Positions 1 through 12,625 of a stretch of 64,000 bases of DNA are shown one piece after another. Source of the DNA: Sphingomonadaceae bacterium (GTDB taxonomy: Bacteria > Pseudomonadota > Alphaproteobacteria > Sphingomonadales > Sphingomonadaceae); contig JAJUHA010000010.1 of NCBI GenBank assembly GCA_029268145.1, forward strand, positions 2,055 through 66,054. The letters run 5' to 3'. Numbering within the stretch: the first letter of the stretch is position 1; every line of letters starts with the position of its first letter. Below the pieces are notes generated by a model that had not been told where the DNA came from, ran no database searches, and worked only from the letters and a program-made list of their open reading frames with translations. The position numbers and the translations under genes are program-made.

Positions 1-158
1 TCGGCCTCATCGCCATCGGCTTTGCAACCGCCTTCCTCGCCGCGCTGCTGGTGGTCCGCTCCCTGGTCGCCTTCGTCAGCCGGCACGGCTTCGCGCCCTT
101 CGCCTGGTACCGGATCGCGCTCGGAACCGTCGCGCTCGCCTGGCTCTGGGCCAGATAG
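1..158 (+). CDS. uppP: undecaprenyl-diphosphate phosphatase (UppP/BacA), C-terminal fragment; 5' end outside window
   Basis: Own translation of frame 3: ...[51 protein letters not shown], stop TAG 156-158. Hydrophobic TM tail with the FAxYRIxLG ending typical of UppP. Confidence 0.7.
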   Translation, partial: GLIAIGFATAFLAALLVVRSLVAFVSRHGFAPFAWYRIALGTVALAWLWAR

Positions 159-306
159 TCCCGGTGCGGAACCAGATTTTCGCCCCAGCTCCCTCTCCCT
201 TTCACCCTCGCGAAGCCGGCAGCCCAATTAAGGTCAGTAATCCTGTCGTTTCAGGTGGAGGTGCGCGCCATTTGCTGTTAGGGCACCTGCGAAAGGTTTC
301 CCGCCC

Positions 307-1758
307 ATGGCCGAATCGCCGATGCTTGCCTTCGTCCACCGCCCCCAGGCCTTCCCGGCCAAGCGCCCGGCGCGTGCGCGCACCCGCGACTTCGCCGAGA
401 TCAGCGGCCCCTGGCCCGCGCCCGAGGCCGAAGCGCAGGCGGCGCGCTGCTCGCAGTGCGGCGTCCCCTTCTGCCAGGTCCATTGCCCGCTCCACAACAA
501 CATCCCCGACTGGCTGATGCTCGCCGCCGAAGGCCGGCTTCAGGAGGCCTACGAGCTCTCCGCCGCCACCTCGACCATGCCCGAGGTCTGTGGCCGCATC
601 TGCCCGCAGGACCGGCTGTGCGAGGGGAGCTGCGTCATCGAGCAGTCCGGCCACGGCGCCGTCACGATCGGCGCGGTCGAGAAGTTCCTGACCGACACGG
701 CGTGGGAGAAGGGCTGGGTCGCGCCCCTCGTGCCGGGGCCGGCCACCGGCCAGTCGGTCGGCATCATCGGCGCGGGTCCGGCCGGCCTCACGGCGGCCGA
801 GCTGCTCCGCCGTGAGGGCCACGAGATCCATGTCTATGACCGGCACGACCGCGCCGGCGGCCTCCTCACCTACGGAATCCCCGGCTTCAAGCTGGAGAAG
901 GAGGTCGTCCTGCGCCGGGTCGCCCGGCTCGAGGCCGGCGGCGTCCGCTTCCACCTCGGAACCGAGGTTGGGCGCGACATCGGCTTCGACACGCTGCGTG
1001 CCCGCCACGATGCCGTCTTCATCGCCACCGGCGTCTACCGCGCGCGCGCGGCCGGCGTGCCCGGCGCCGGCCGGCCGGGGGTGGTGAAGGCGCTCGACTA
1101 TCTCATCGCCTCCAACCGCAAGGGGCTGGGCGATGCCGTGCCCCGCTTCGATTCGGGCGAGCTCGACGCGGCCGGCCGGCGGGTCGTGGTGGTGGGCGGC
1201 GGCGACACCGCGATGGACTGCGTGCGGACCGCGGTGCGCCAGGGCGCGGCCTCGGTCACCTGCCTCTACCGGCGGGACCGGGCGAACATGCCCGGCTCGG
1301 CGCGCGAGGTGGCCCATGCCGAGGAGGAAGGCGTGGTGTTCGAGTGGCTCGCCGCGCCCCTGGCCTTCGCCGGGCCGGGCGCGGACGGCCCGGTCGAGGC
1401 CGTCCTTGCCCAGCGGATGCGGCTCGGCGCCGCCGACGCCTCGGGCCGGCGGGTCCCCGAGCCCGAGGAGGGGGCCAGCTTCACCCTGCCCGCCGACCTC
1501 GTGATCGAGGCGCTCGGCTTCGACGCCGAGGATCTGCCCACGGCCTTCGCCGCCCCCGATCTCGCCGTCACCCGCTGGGGCACCATCCGCACTTCCGGCG
1601 GCTTCGCCACCAGCCTGCCCGGCGTGTTCGCGGCCGGAGACATCGTGCGCGGCGCCAGCCTCGTCGTCTGGGCGATGCGCGAAGCGCGTGACGCCGCGGC
1701 CGAAATCCACCACTATCTCCTCTCCGCCGCATCCCGCGGCGCGAAGGAAGCTGCCTGA
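307..1758 (+). CDS. gltD: glutamate synthase (NADPH) small subunit
   Basis: 483-aa ORF. N-terminal Fe-S motif CSQCGVPFCQVHCP; two dinucleotide-binding motifs (GIIGAGPAG, VVVGGGDTAMD); lies next to gltB. Confidence 0.95.
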   Translation: MAESPMLAFVHRPQAFPAKRPARARTRDFAEISGPWPAPEAEAQAARCSQCGVPFCQVHCPLHNNIPDWLMLAAEGRLQEAYELSAATSTMPEVCGRICPQDRLCEGSCVIEQSGHGAVTIGAVEKFLTDTAWEKGWVAPLVPGPATGQSVGIIGAGPAGLTAAELLRREGHEIHVYDRHDRAGGLLTYGIPGFKLEKEVVLRRVARLEAGGVRFHLGTEVGRDIGFDTLRARHDAVFIATGVYRARAAGVPGAGRPGVVKALDYLIASNRKGLGDAVPRFDSGELDAAGRRVVVVGGGDTAMDCVRTAVRQGAASVTCLYRRDRANMPGSAREVAHAEEEGVVFEWLAAPLAFAGPGADGPVEAVLAQRMRLGAADASGRRVPEPEEGASFTLPADLVIEALGFDAEDLPTAFAAPDLAVTRWGTIRTSGGFATSLPGVFAAGDIVRGASLVVWAMREARDAAAEIHHYLLSAASRGAKEAA

Positions 1759-2345
1759 TGTCCTCGCGAAGCCTTCTTGCCGCGGCGCTTGCCGCAACCC
1801 TCGTCGCGCCTCTTGCCGCGCCCGCCCCCGCCGCCGCCCAGGATGCGACCGCTGCTGCAACCGCGCTCGTCGACCTCATCGCCCCGCTCCCGGCCGCGCA
1901 GAGGCAGCTCGAGGCCCAGCTGGCCGAGATGCGCAAGGGCGCGGCGGTGCGCGCCATGCTCGCCGGCAATCCGCGCTACCAGATGGAGGCGGCCAAGAAC
2001 CAGCCGGCCTTCAACCAGGGCATCGCCCGGATCGGCGCGATGCAGGCCGACGCCGTCGGCCCCATCATGCGCGAGATGGTGCCGGCCACCCGCAAGGCGA
2101 CGATCGCGGCCTATGCCGCGGCCTTCACCCCGGCCGAGCTCGCCGCCATCACCGCCTTCTACCGGACGCCCGCGGGCCAGAAGCTCATCCGCCAGCAGGC
2201 CGAGCTCCAGGGCCGGGTGAACCAGCAGATGGCCCAGCAGTATGCGCCGAAGATGGCGGCGGCCCAGAAGGCGCTGGCGCCGAAGATCGATGCCGAGCTC
2301 CGCAAGCTCTTTCCGCCCCAGCCGGGGGCAGGCGCACCCAAGTGA
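1758..2345 (+). CDS. DUF2059-like secreted protein
   Basis: 195-aa ORF whose ATG overlaps the gltD stop (TGATG). Signal-peptide-like N-terminus (...LAAPAPAAAQD). FYRTPAGQKL motif that I associate with DUF2059. Confidence 0.7.
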   Translation: MSSRSLLAAALAATLVAPLAAPAPAAAQDATAAATALVDLIAPLPAAQRQLEAQLAEMRKGAAVRAMLAGNPRYQMEAAKNQPAFNQGIARIGAMQADAVGPIMREMVPATRKATIAAYAAAFTPAELAAITAFYRTPAGQKLIRQQAELQGRVNQQMAQQYAPKMAAAQKALAPKIDAELRKLFPPQPGAGAPK

Positions 2346-2388
2346 GGCCCGCCGCCCGCCCCGCCGTGACCCTGTGAAGGCCCCGCCC

Positions 2389-6917
<4,529 letters not shown>

Positions 6918-6921
<4 letters not shown>

Positions 6922-7283
6922 CCGATCTGGTCGCGCTCGAGGCCGACTGCCTCGCCCGGGCGCTGGCGCTTCCCGAAGCGCATGAGGATTTCCCCTGGGG
7001 CGAGCGCGTCGTGAAGGTGCGGGGCCGCATCTTCCTCTTCCTCTGGCGCGTCGACGGGCATCTGCGCCTGTCGGTCAAGCTCCCCGCCTCCCACCCCATG
7101 GCGCTCCTGCTCGAGGGCTGCGCGCCCACGCCCTACGGCCTCGGCCGCCACGGCTGGGTGACCGCGCGGCTGGCAGCCGACGGCCATGGGCCCGACCCGG
7201 ACCTCCTCCCCGGCTGGATTGTCGAGAGCTACCGTGCCGTCGCGCCGAAGCGGCTGGCCCGGGCGCTCAGCCCGCCGAGCTGA
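6918..7283 (+). CDS. MmcQ/YjbR family DNA-binding protein (putative)
   Basis: GTG 6918 overlaps the gltB stop (GTGA). 121 aa; the ...FPWGERVVKVRGRIFLFL... pattern resembles the MmcQ/YjbR family. Confidence 0.55.
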
Positions 7284-7614
7284 ACCGCGCGGTCGCCACC
7301 CCGTCCGGCCCATAGACCGGCTCGCTGAGGTCGAACCGGAATTTCCGGGTCACGGCGTGGGCGATCCCGATGCCCGACAGATGCTTCAGCATCCCGAAAT
7401 AGGAGGGCGCGACGAGATGGGCGGCAAGGGTCGCCTCGTCCTCCCACTCCTCGAACACGTGGATCCGGTCGGGAAGGAAGGGATCCGCGGCCCAGCTGTA
7501 GTGGCGGCAGCCCGGCTCGGCGAGCGCCTCCTCGATGAGCGGCTTGGCCCCCGCCAGCGCGGCCTCGCGCGTGCCCGGCACCATGTCGATCTCGCCCGTG
7601 ATCAGGATTCCCAT
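7267..7614 (-). CDS. antibiotic-biosynthesis-monooxygenase (ABM)-like small protein
   Basis: 115 aa starting at ATG 7614 (MGILITGEIDMVPG...), with a ferredoxin-like ABM pattern (HVFEEWEDEATLAAH). The start overlaps the end of the upstream thioesterase gene. Confidence 0.6.
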   Translation of the reverse strand: MGILITGEIDMVPGTREAALAGAKPLIEEALAEPGCRHYSWAADPFLPDRIHVFEEWEDEATLAAHLVAPSYFGMLKHLSGIGIAHAVTRKFRFDLSEPVYGPDGVATARFSSAG

Positions 7615-8042
7615 CCGCTCCTCCCCGCGATTGCCCGCGCCGCAAGCGCGGCGCGCATCTCCTCCGGCATGCCGTCCCGGTGGACCATCACGCAGCTGGC
7701 AACGGCCATCGCCCGCCCGCCCTGGAACAGGCCGATGGCAAGGCGATAGCTGCGGTTTCCGAGGGTCTCGACGCCCACGCCCGCCTCGACGTCGCCGGGA
7801 TAGCTGCCCTCGGCGAGATAATCGATGGCGATGTGGGCGATCATCACGCCGGAAGGGTCGATGGCCGAGGCGGCCGCGCGCGCCGCCATGTGGAAGCGCA
7901 GGCGCGCTTCCTCGAACAGCCGGGCGATCGCGACATTGTTGAGGTGCGCGTTCGCATCCATGTCGCCATAGCGGGTCTGGAGCGCGGCGCAAAACGGGTA
8001 GGAGGCCGGCTCGCGGCGCCAGGCCTCGTCCTTCAGGCCCAC
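7602..8042 (-). CDS. hotdog-fold acyl-CoA thioesterase (4HBT-like)
   Basis: 146 aa; RYGDMDANAHLNNVAIARLFEEAR is the typical 4HBT/YbgC N-terminal motif. The GTG start overlaps the P450 3' end. Confidence 0.75.
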   Translation of the reverse strand: MGLKDEAWRREPASYPFCAALQTRYGDMDANAHLNNVAIARLFEEARLRFHMAARAAASAIDPSGVMIAHIAIDYLAEGSYPGDVEAGVGVETLGNRSYRLAIGLFQGGRAMAVASCVMVHRDGMPEEMRAALAARAIAGRSGWES

Positions 8043-9358
8043 CTGACCCTGACCGGCAACGTCTTCAGACCGCTCACGAAATTGGCGATGGAGAGCTTCG
8101 GTTCGCCATTGAGCTCGAGGCCGGCGAGCCGCGGCAGCAGCTCCTCCCAGAGGATCCGCATCTCGAGCCGGGCGAGGTGCATGCCGAGGCAGATGTGGAC
8201 GCCATGGCCGAAGGCGATGTGCGGGTTGGGGTCGCGGTCGGCGCGGAAGACCATCGGGTCGGGAAAGACCGTCTCGTCGCGGTTGCCTGACCAGTAGAAC
8301 ATGGCAAGGCTTTCGCCCTTGCGGATGGTGGTGCCACCCAGGTCGGTGTCCGCCGTGCAGGTGCGCATGAAGTGCTTGACCGGCGTGGTCCAGCGGATGC
8401 TTTCCTCGACGAACAGGGGGATGAGGCCGGGATTATCGCGCACCTTGCGGAACTCGGCGGGGTTCCGCGCCAGCTCGCAGAAGCCGCCCGCAGTCGACGA
8501 GCTCGTCGTGTCGTGGCCGGCGGTCGCGGTGATGACATAGTAGGAAAGCGCCTCGCGCTCGGGGATGGGCGCGCCGTCGATGCGGCCGTTGGCAATCACG
8601 CTCGCCACGTCGTCGCGGGGGTTCTTCCGCCGGTCGGCGAGCACCTTGCCGAAATAGTCGAAGAAGATGGCGGCGATCTTGAAGAGATCGACCTGCGGGT
8701 TGCCCGAGCCGCCCCAGTAGCCGGCCGCCTCGGTGATGTTGCGCGAGCGGGCCACCACATCGGGGTCGATGGCGCCGAACAGCTCCTGCGTCAGCTTCAG
8801 CATCAGCGGCTCGTCCTCGCGCGGCACGCCGAGGATCATCATGATGACGCGCAGCGGGTAGAAGAGGGCCACTTCGTTGACGAAGTCGAGCTCCGCGCCC
8901 TTCTCCTGCATGAGCGCGACATGCTCGCGGGCGATCTCCCGGATCTTCCCCTCGAGGTTCTGGCGCACCGCGCCGGGCTGGAACCAGGCGTGAGTGATCT
9001 GGCGGAGCTTCCTGTGCTCGGGGTCGTCGAGGTCGACGAGGGTGCGGAAGAGGTGCGTGTCGCCCGAGACCTGGAGCGTCCACTGCTCGCCCTCCACGGG
9101 GGAGAGGTAGGTGCGCTCGCGGTTGATGAAGCGGTCGTTCGCCTTGGAGACGGCGACGATGTCGGCATGGCGGACGATCGCCCAGAAGGGCCGGTAGCCG
9201 CGCGGGGCGGCGAAGTGGAGGCCCGGCCGGCGCCGGAGCTCGGCATAGTCGGCGAAGAGCTGCTCCGGCTCGGCGTAGAGGTGGGGGTTCACGATCCGGT
9301 CGTCGATCGTCTCCGTCGTCCAGCCGGGGAATTTCTCGATCTCGGCCACGCTCGCCAT
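8033..9358 (-). CDS. cytochrome P450
   Basis: Heme-binding loop FGHGVHICLGMHLA and an AGHDTT I-helix motif. Start ATG 9358 is preceded by GGAGGGA; the track ORF begins at an upstream TTG (9373). Confidence 0.9.
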   Translation of the reverse strand: MASVAEIEKFPGWTTETIDDRIVNPHLYAEPEQLFADYAELRRRPGLHFAAPRGYRPFWAIVRHADIVAVSKANDRFINRERTYLSPVEGEQWTLQVSGDTHLFRTLVDLDDPEHRKLRQITHAWFQPGAVRQNLEGKIREIAREHVALMQEKGAELDFVNEVALFYPLRVIMMILGVPREDEPLMLKLTQELFGAIDPDVVARSRNITEAAGYWGGSGNPQVDLFKIAAIFFDYFGKVLADRRKNPRDDVASVIANGRIDGAPIPEREALSYYVITATAGHDTTSSSTAGGFCELARNPAEFRKVRDNPGLIPLFVEESIRWTTPVKHFMRTCTADTDLGGTTIRKGESLAMFYWSGNRDETVFPDPMVFRADRDPNPHIAFGHGVHICLGMHLARLEMRILWEELLPRLAGLELNGEPKLSIANFVSGLKTLPVRVRWA

Positions 9359-9420
9359 CGCATCCCTCCGCAATCTTCCCTATGGCCCGCTGGCCCTTCC
9401 TTCCAGCCGGAGCCCGCCCC

Positions 9421-10119
9421 ATGCCCGAACCGCGCTACGACCTCCACTACTGGCCAACCCCCAATGGCCACAAGGTGACGCTGTTCCTCGAGGAGCTTGC
9501 GCTTCCCTACCGGCTCGTGCCCGTCAACATCCGCGCCGGGGACCAGTTTCGCCCCGAATTCCTGAAGATCGCGCCCAACAACCGCATGCCCGCCCTCGTC
9601 GACCGCGAGACCGGCATCCACCTCTTCGAATCGGGGGCCATCCTCCTGTGGCTGGCCGAGACCCACGGGGCCTTCCTGCCTGCCTCGGGACAGCGGCGCG
9701 CCGAGGTGCTGCAATGGCTGTTCTGACAGATGGCGGGCCTGGGGCCGATGATGGGCCAGGCCGGCCACTTCCGCAACTACGCGCCCGAGCCCGTGCCCTA
9801 TGCCCTCGAGCGCTACACCAACGAATCCCTGCGGCTTCTGAAGGTGATGGACAAGCGGCTGGAGGATCGCGCCTTCCTTGCCGGGGACGCCTATTCGATC
9901 GCCGACATGGCCGCCTATCCCTGGGCGATGCTCGGCCACAGGATCGTCGCCGATGGCCCGGAGATGCCGCATCTCGCGCGCTGGATCGCCGAGATCCAGG
10001 CCCGCCCGGCCACCGCGCGCGCCTTTGCGAAGGCCGAGGACCCGATGTTCGCGACCGGCGAGATGACGGACGAACAGAAGGCGATGCTGTTCCGCCAGTC
10101 GGCCGCGACCGTGCGCTAG
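9421..10119 (+). pseudogene. Nu-class glutathione S-transferase (YfcG/YghU-like) interrupted by an in-frame TGA at 9724-9726
   Basis: ORFs 9382-9726 and 9730-10119 are in the same frame. The joined product reads ...AEVLQWLF*QMAGLGPMMGQAGHF, and from memory E. coli YfcG has LQWLFWQVGGLGPMLGQ, so TGA sits where the conserved Trp (TGG) belongs. Probable start ATG 9421 (MPEPRYDLHYWPTPNGHKV). Confidence 0.8.
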
Positions 10120-10132
10120 GCTGCCGGGACAC

Positions 10133-10148
10133 TGTTCCACGTGGAACA
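10133..10148. promoter_or_regulatory. perfect 16-bp palindrome TGTTCCACGTGGAACA between convergent genes
   Basis: Read directly from the sequence. Lies between the GST stop (10119) and the thioesterase stop (10161). Could be a short bidirectional terminator stem or a protein-binding site. Confidence 0.3.
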
Positions 10149-10160
10149 TTCTCCAACAGC

Positions 10161-10958
10161 CTAGTCCCACAGGCGGAGGATGAGCGACTGGCTGGCGGTT
10201 GCGATGAGCTCGCCGGTCTCGGCGAAGATGTGCATCCGGCCATGGGCGAAGCCGTTGGCGACGCCGTGGATCTTGACGTCGCACAGGAGCCAGCGGGTCT
10301 CGGTCCAGCGGTGGAAGCGGATCGAATTGTCGAGGCTGTTGCCGCCGGCATCGCGCCCGAGCGCCGGGCCAACCCCGCTCGGCACATAGTCGGCGACCAC
10401 GCAGACGAAGGCGGTGTCGATGGGCCCCGCGCCCGGCGCCGGCCGGGCCCAGAGCAGGATGTTCCCGTCCTCCACCCGGGCTGCGCCGGCGCGGGGCCCA
10501 TGCATGGCGCCGCGGGCGATGCGGAAGTCGAGGCGGGCGTGGATGTCGTCCGGGTGGCGGCCGGGCCACAGCGCGCGGGGCGGGCAGTCGTCGGGCGGGG
10601 GAACGCGCGGCGCGAGCGTCCACTGGCCGCGCTCGGGGAGATCGCGCCGGCCGAGCGCGGCGACGACCGTCAGGATCTCGCGGTCTCCCACAGTCGCGGT
10701 CACCCGGGCCTGGCTCACCTGCTTCCCCCGCACCCGTTCGGAGACCGCGAAGCGGACCGTCTCGCCCGGCCGGGCATAGCTTTCATACTGGGCGGTCGCC
10801 CAGACGGCAGGGCGGCCGGTGACGGTCTCGAGCGCGCGCAGGCTGGCGCCAAGGCCCACCCCGCCGAACATGAAGAGCTTGTCGGGCGGGCCGACGCAGA
10901 CCGGCGGGGAGAGCAGGAGGTCGAAGGCGGCGGGGCCGGCGGGCTCAAGGTCGATCAT
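10161..10958 (-). CDS. acyl-CoA thioesterase II-like (double hotdog)
   Basis: 265 aa from ATG 10958 (MIDLEPAG...). FGGVGLGASLRA and later segments resemble the TesB family. Confidence 0.7.
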   Translation of the reverse strand: MIDLEPAGPAAFDLLLSPPVCVGPPDKLFMFGGVGLGASLRALETVTGRPAVWATAQYESYARPGETVRFAVSERVRGKQVSQARVTATVGDREILTVVAALGRRDLPERGQWTLAPRVPPPDDCPPRALWPGRHPDDIHARLDFRIARGAMHGPRAGAARVEDGNILLWARPAPGAGPIDTAFVCVVADYVPSGVGPALGRDAGGNSLDNSIRFHRWTETRWLLCDVKIHGVANGFAHGRMHIFAETGELIATASQSLILRLWD

Positions 10959-11007
10959 GCCCCGGCTTTCGCCCGCCGGCGCAGGCCCGGGCAACTCCCG
11001 CTTCTCG

Positions 11008-11793
11008 TCAGGCGAGGAGCTTCTCCCAGGTTCTGGGGCCGACGATCCCGTCGGGCACCAGGCCGTTCGCGCGCTGGAAGGCGCGCACGCGCGCCTCGGT
11101 CATGGGCCCGAACACGCCATCGACATTCTCGCCGCTGATGCCGAGCAGGCGCTGCAGTTCCTTCACGACGAAGGGTGGGTTGCGCGGATTGCTGCGGCGC
11201 AGCGTCGGCCGGCCCTCGGCCGTGGTGCGGGGGATGAGGGGCGGGGGCGCGACAGCGCCGGCCATGATGGCCGCCACCTCGGCGCGGAAGGCGTCCATGT
11301 CAATCGAATGCGGGTCGGGCTTGCGGCCCCTGGGCAGCGCCCATTCCTTGTGGCCGACGCACATGTCGGCCGGCGCGCCCATGTGCCCGAGGAGGGCAGC
11401 GCAGCCGCGCCGGTAGGCGTCGAGCTGAACGGCGGGCCAGGGCTCGGTGCCGCTGTTCTCCGCCTCGATCCCGATGAAGGTCGAGTTGCCGGCAGTGATG
11501 CCGCGCCATTCGCCGCGCCCGGCATGGTTAGCGCGGCCGGCGGCGATGATGAACCAGGTGCCGTCCCGCCCGAGACCGAGCTGCGACAGCGGCCCGGGAA
11601 GCCCCGGCCGGCCGTTGGTGATGACGTTGAGGCTGGGCATGTTGCCGTTGGGGCTGCCGGCGGTGTGGTGGCACATCACGCCCCTGGCACCCGCCATGCT
11701 GCCGAGCCCGCGGTTCACCCAGCCGGGCTGCTCGGCCACCTTGAGACCGGCCCGGACGAGGACGGCCGGGAGCCAGGTGAGCTCGAAGGCCAT
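11008..11793 (-). CDS. N-acetylmuramoyl-L-alanine amidase (Amidase_2/PGRP-type) with C-terminal peptidoglycan-binding domain; phage-endolysin-like
   Basis: 261 aa. The N-terminal part (VMCHHTAGSPNG...NHAGRGEWRG...IGIEAEN) fits a zinc amidase. The C-terminal part (LQRLLGISGENVDGVFGPMTEARVRAFQRANGLVPDGIVGPRTWEKL) is a PG_binding_1 repeat. Confidence 0.85.
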   Translation of the reverse strand: MAFELTWLPAVLVRAGLKVAEQPGWVNRGLGSMAGARGVMCHHTAGSPNGNMPSLNVITNGRPGLPGPLSQLGLGRDGTWFIIAAGRANHAGRGEWRGITAGNSTFIGIEAENSGTEPWPAVQLDAYRRGCAALLGHMGAPADMCVGHKEWALPRGRKPDPHSIDMDAFRAEVAAIMAGAVAPPPLIPRTTAEGRPTLRRSNPRNPPFVVKELQRLLGISGENVDGVFGPMTEARVRAFQRANGLVPDGIVGPRTWEKLLA

Positions 11794-11957
11794 TATTCGA
11801 CCCCGCCGTAGGAGGCGGGCAGATCCTCGTCAGGCGTTTCGGGATCGTCCCTGTGGTCGACGCAGCCTTCCGCCGACTCGTCCTCGTCTTCCGGCCCCAT
11901 GCTCACCGCTCCCCCACCACGCCGTTAACCCTAGGCTTCGGTCAGCAAGCTGGCAAG

Positions 11958-12617
11958 TCAGGGGCTCCAGCGATCGGTGACCAGGGCGACCAGCCTCGGC
12001 TGCCCGTCGACCTCGCGGAAGACGAGACGCAGCGCCAGGCGGCGGAACTCCGCATCTTCGGTGCCCGGCGGCGGCTCGACCAGATACTCGACAACGCGCG
12101 CGCCGGGATAGGCTTCGGCGATGTTGCTGACCGTGTTGCTGCGGAAGGCGCTGCCATCGAGCGTGACCCGGCCCTGCGTCCGTGCCTCTGCCGCGGGCAC
12201 ATGCTGCGCAACATAGGCCGCGCCGGAGAGTGCGATCGGCTCGCCCGATCCCTCGGCGAACCCCCAGCGCAGCACCGTCCGGTCGGTGAAGAGGCGGGCG
12301 AGATCGGCGGGGCGGAGCAGCCGGTCGGCCTCCCGATCGACGAAGGCGGAAGGCGATACCCGCACGCCCTCGGGCGCCGCGACGGCCGCAAGCGCCGGCC
12401 CGTCCCGCCGGACCAGCGCGTCCAGCACCGAATCGGCCGCCCGGCGCAGCGCGGCATCGGCCGATTCGGCAGCAGGCGGCGCCGGGGCAGCGGCAAGGAC
12501 AGCAGCAGTCATCTCGGCCTCGGCCGCGACATCCTCGGGCTCCGGCCGGTTGAGGAGGAGCGCGGCGGCCGTGCCGGCGAGCAGCAGGAGGGCGGCGACG
12601 GCAAGGGCGCGGGGCAT
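11958..12617 (-). CDS. hypothetical exported/membrane-anchored protein
   Basis: 219-aa ORF with an N-terminal hydrophobic anchor (MPRALAVAALLLLAGTAAALLL). No family recognised. Confidence 0.5.
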   Translation of the reverse strand: MPRALAVAALLLLAGTAAALLLNRPEPEDVAAEAEMTAAVLAAAPAPPAAESADAALRRAADSVLDALVRRDGPALAAVAAPEGVRVSPSAFVDREADRLLRPADLARLFTDRTVLRWGFAEGSGEPIALSGAAYVAQHVPAAEARTQGRVTLDGSAFRSNTVSNIAEAYPGARVVEYLVEPPPGTEDAEFRRLALRLVFREVDGQPRLVALVTDRWSP

Positions 12618-12625
12618 GGGGCCTT

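Noticed and set aside
219-240. CtrA-box-like sequence TTAAGGTCAGTAAT upstream of gltD
   Set aside because: Only the first half-site matches TTAA-N7-TTAA. The second half reads AATC/TAAT. No TTAA-N7-TTAA was seen in the GTA promoter region either.
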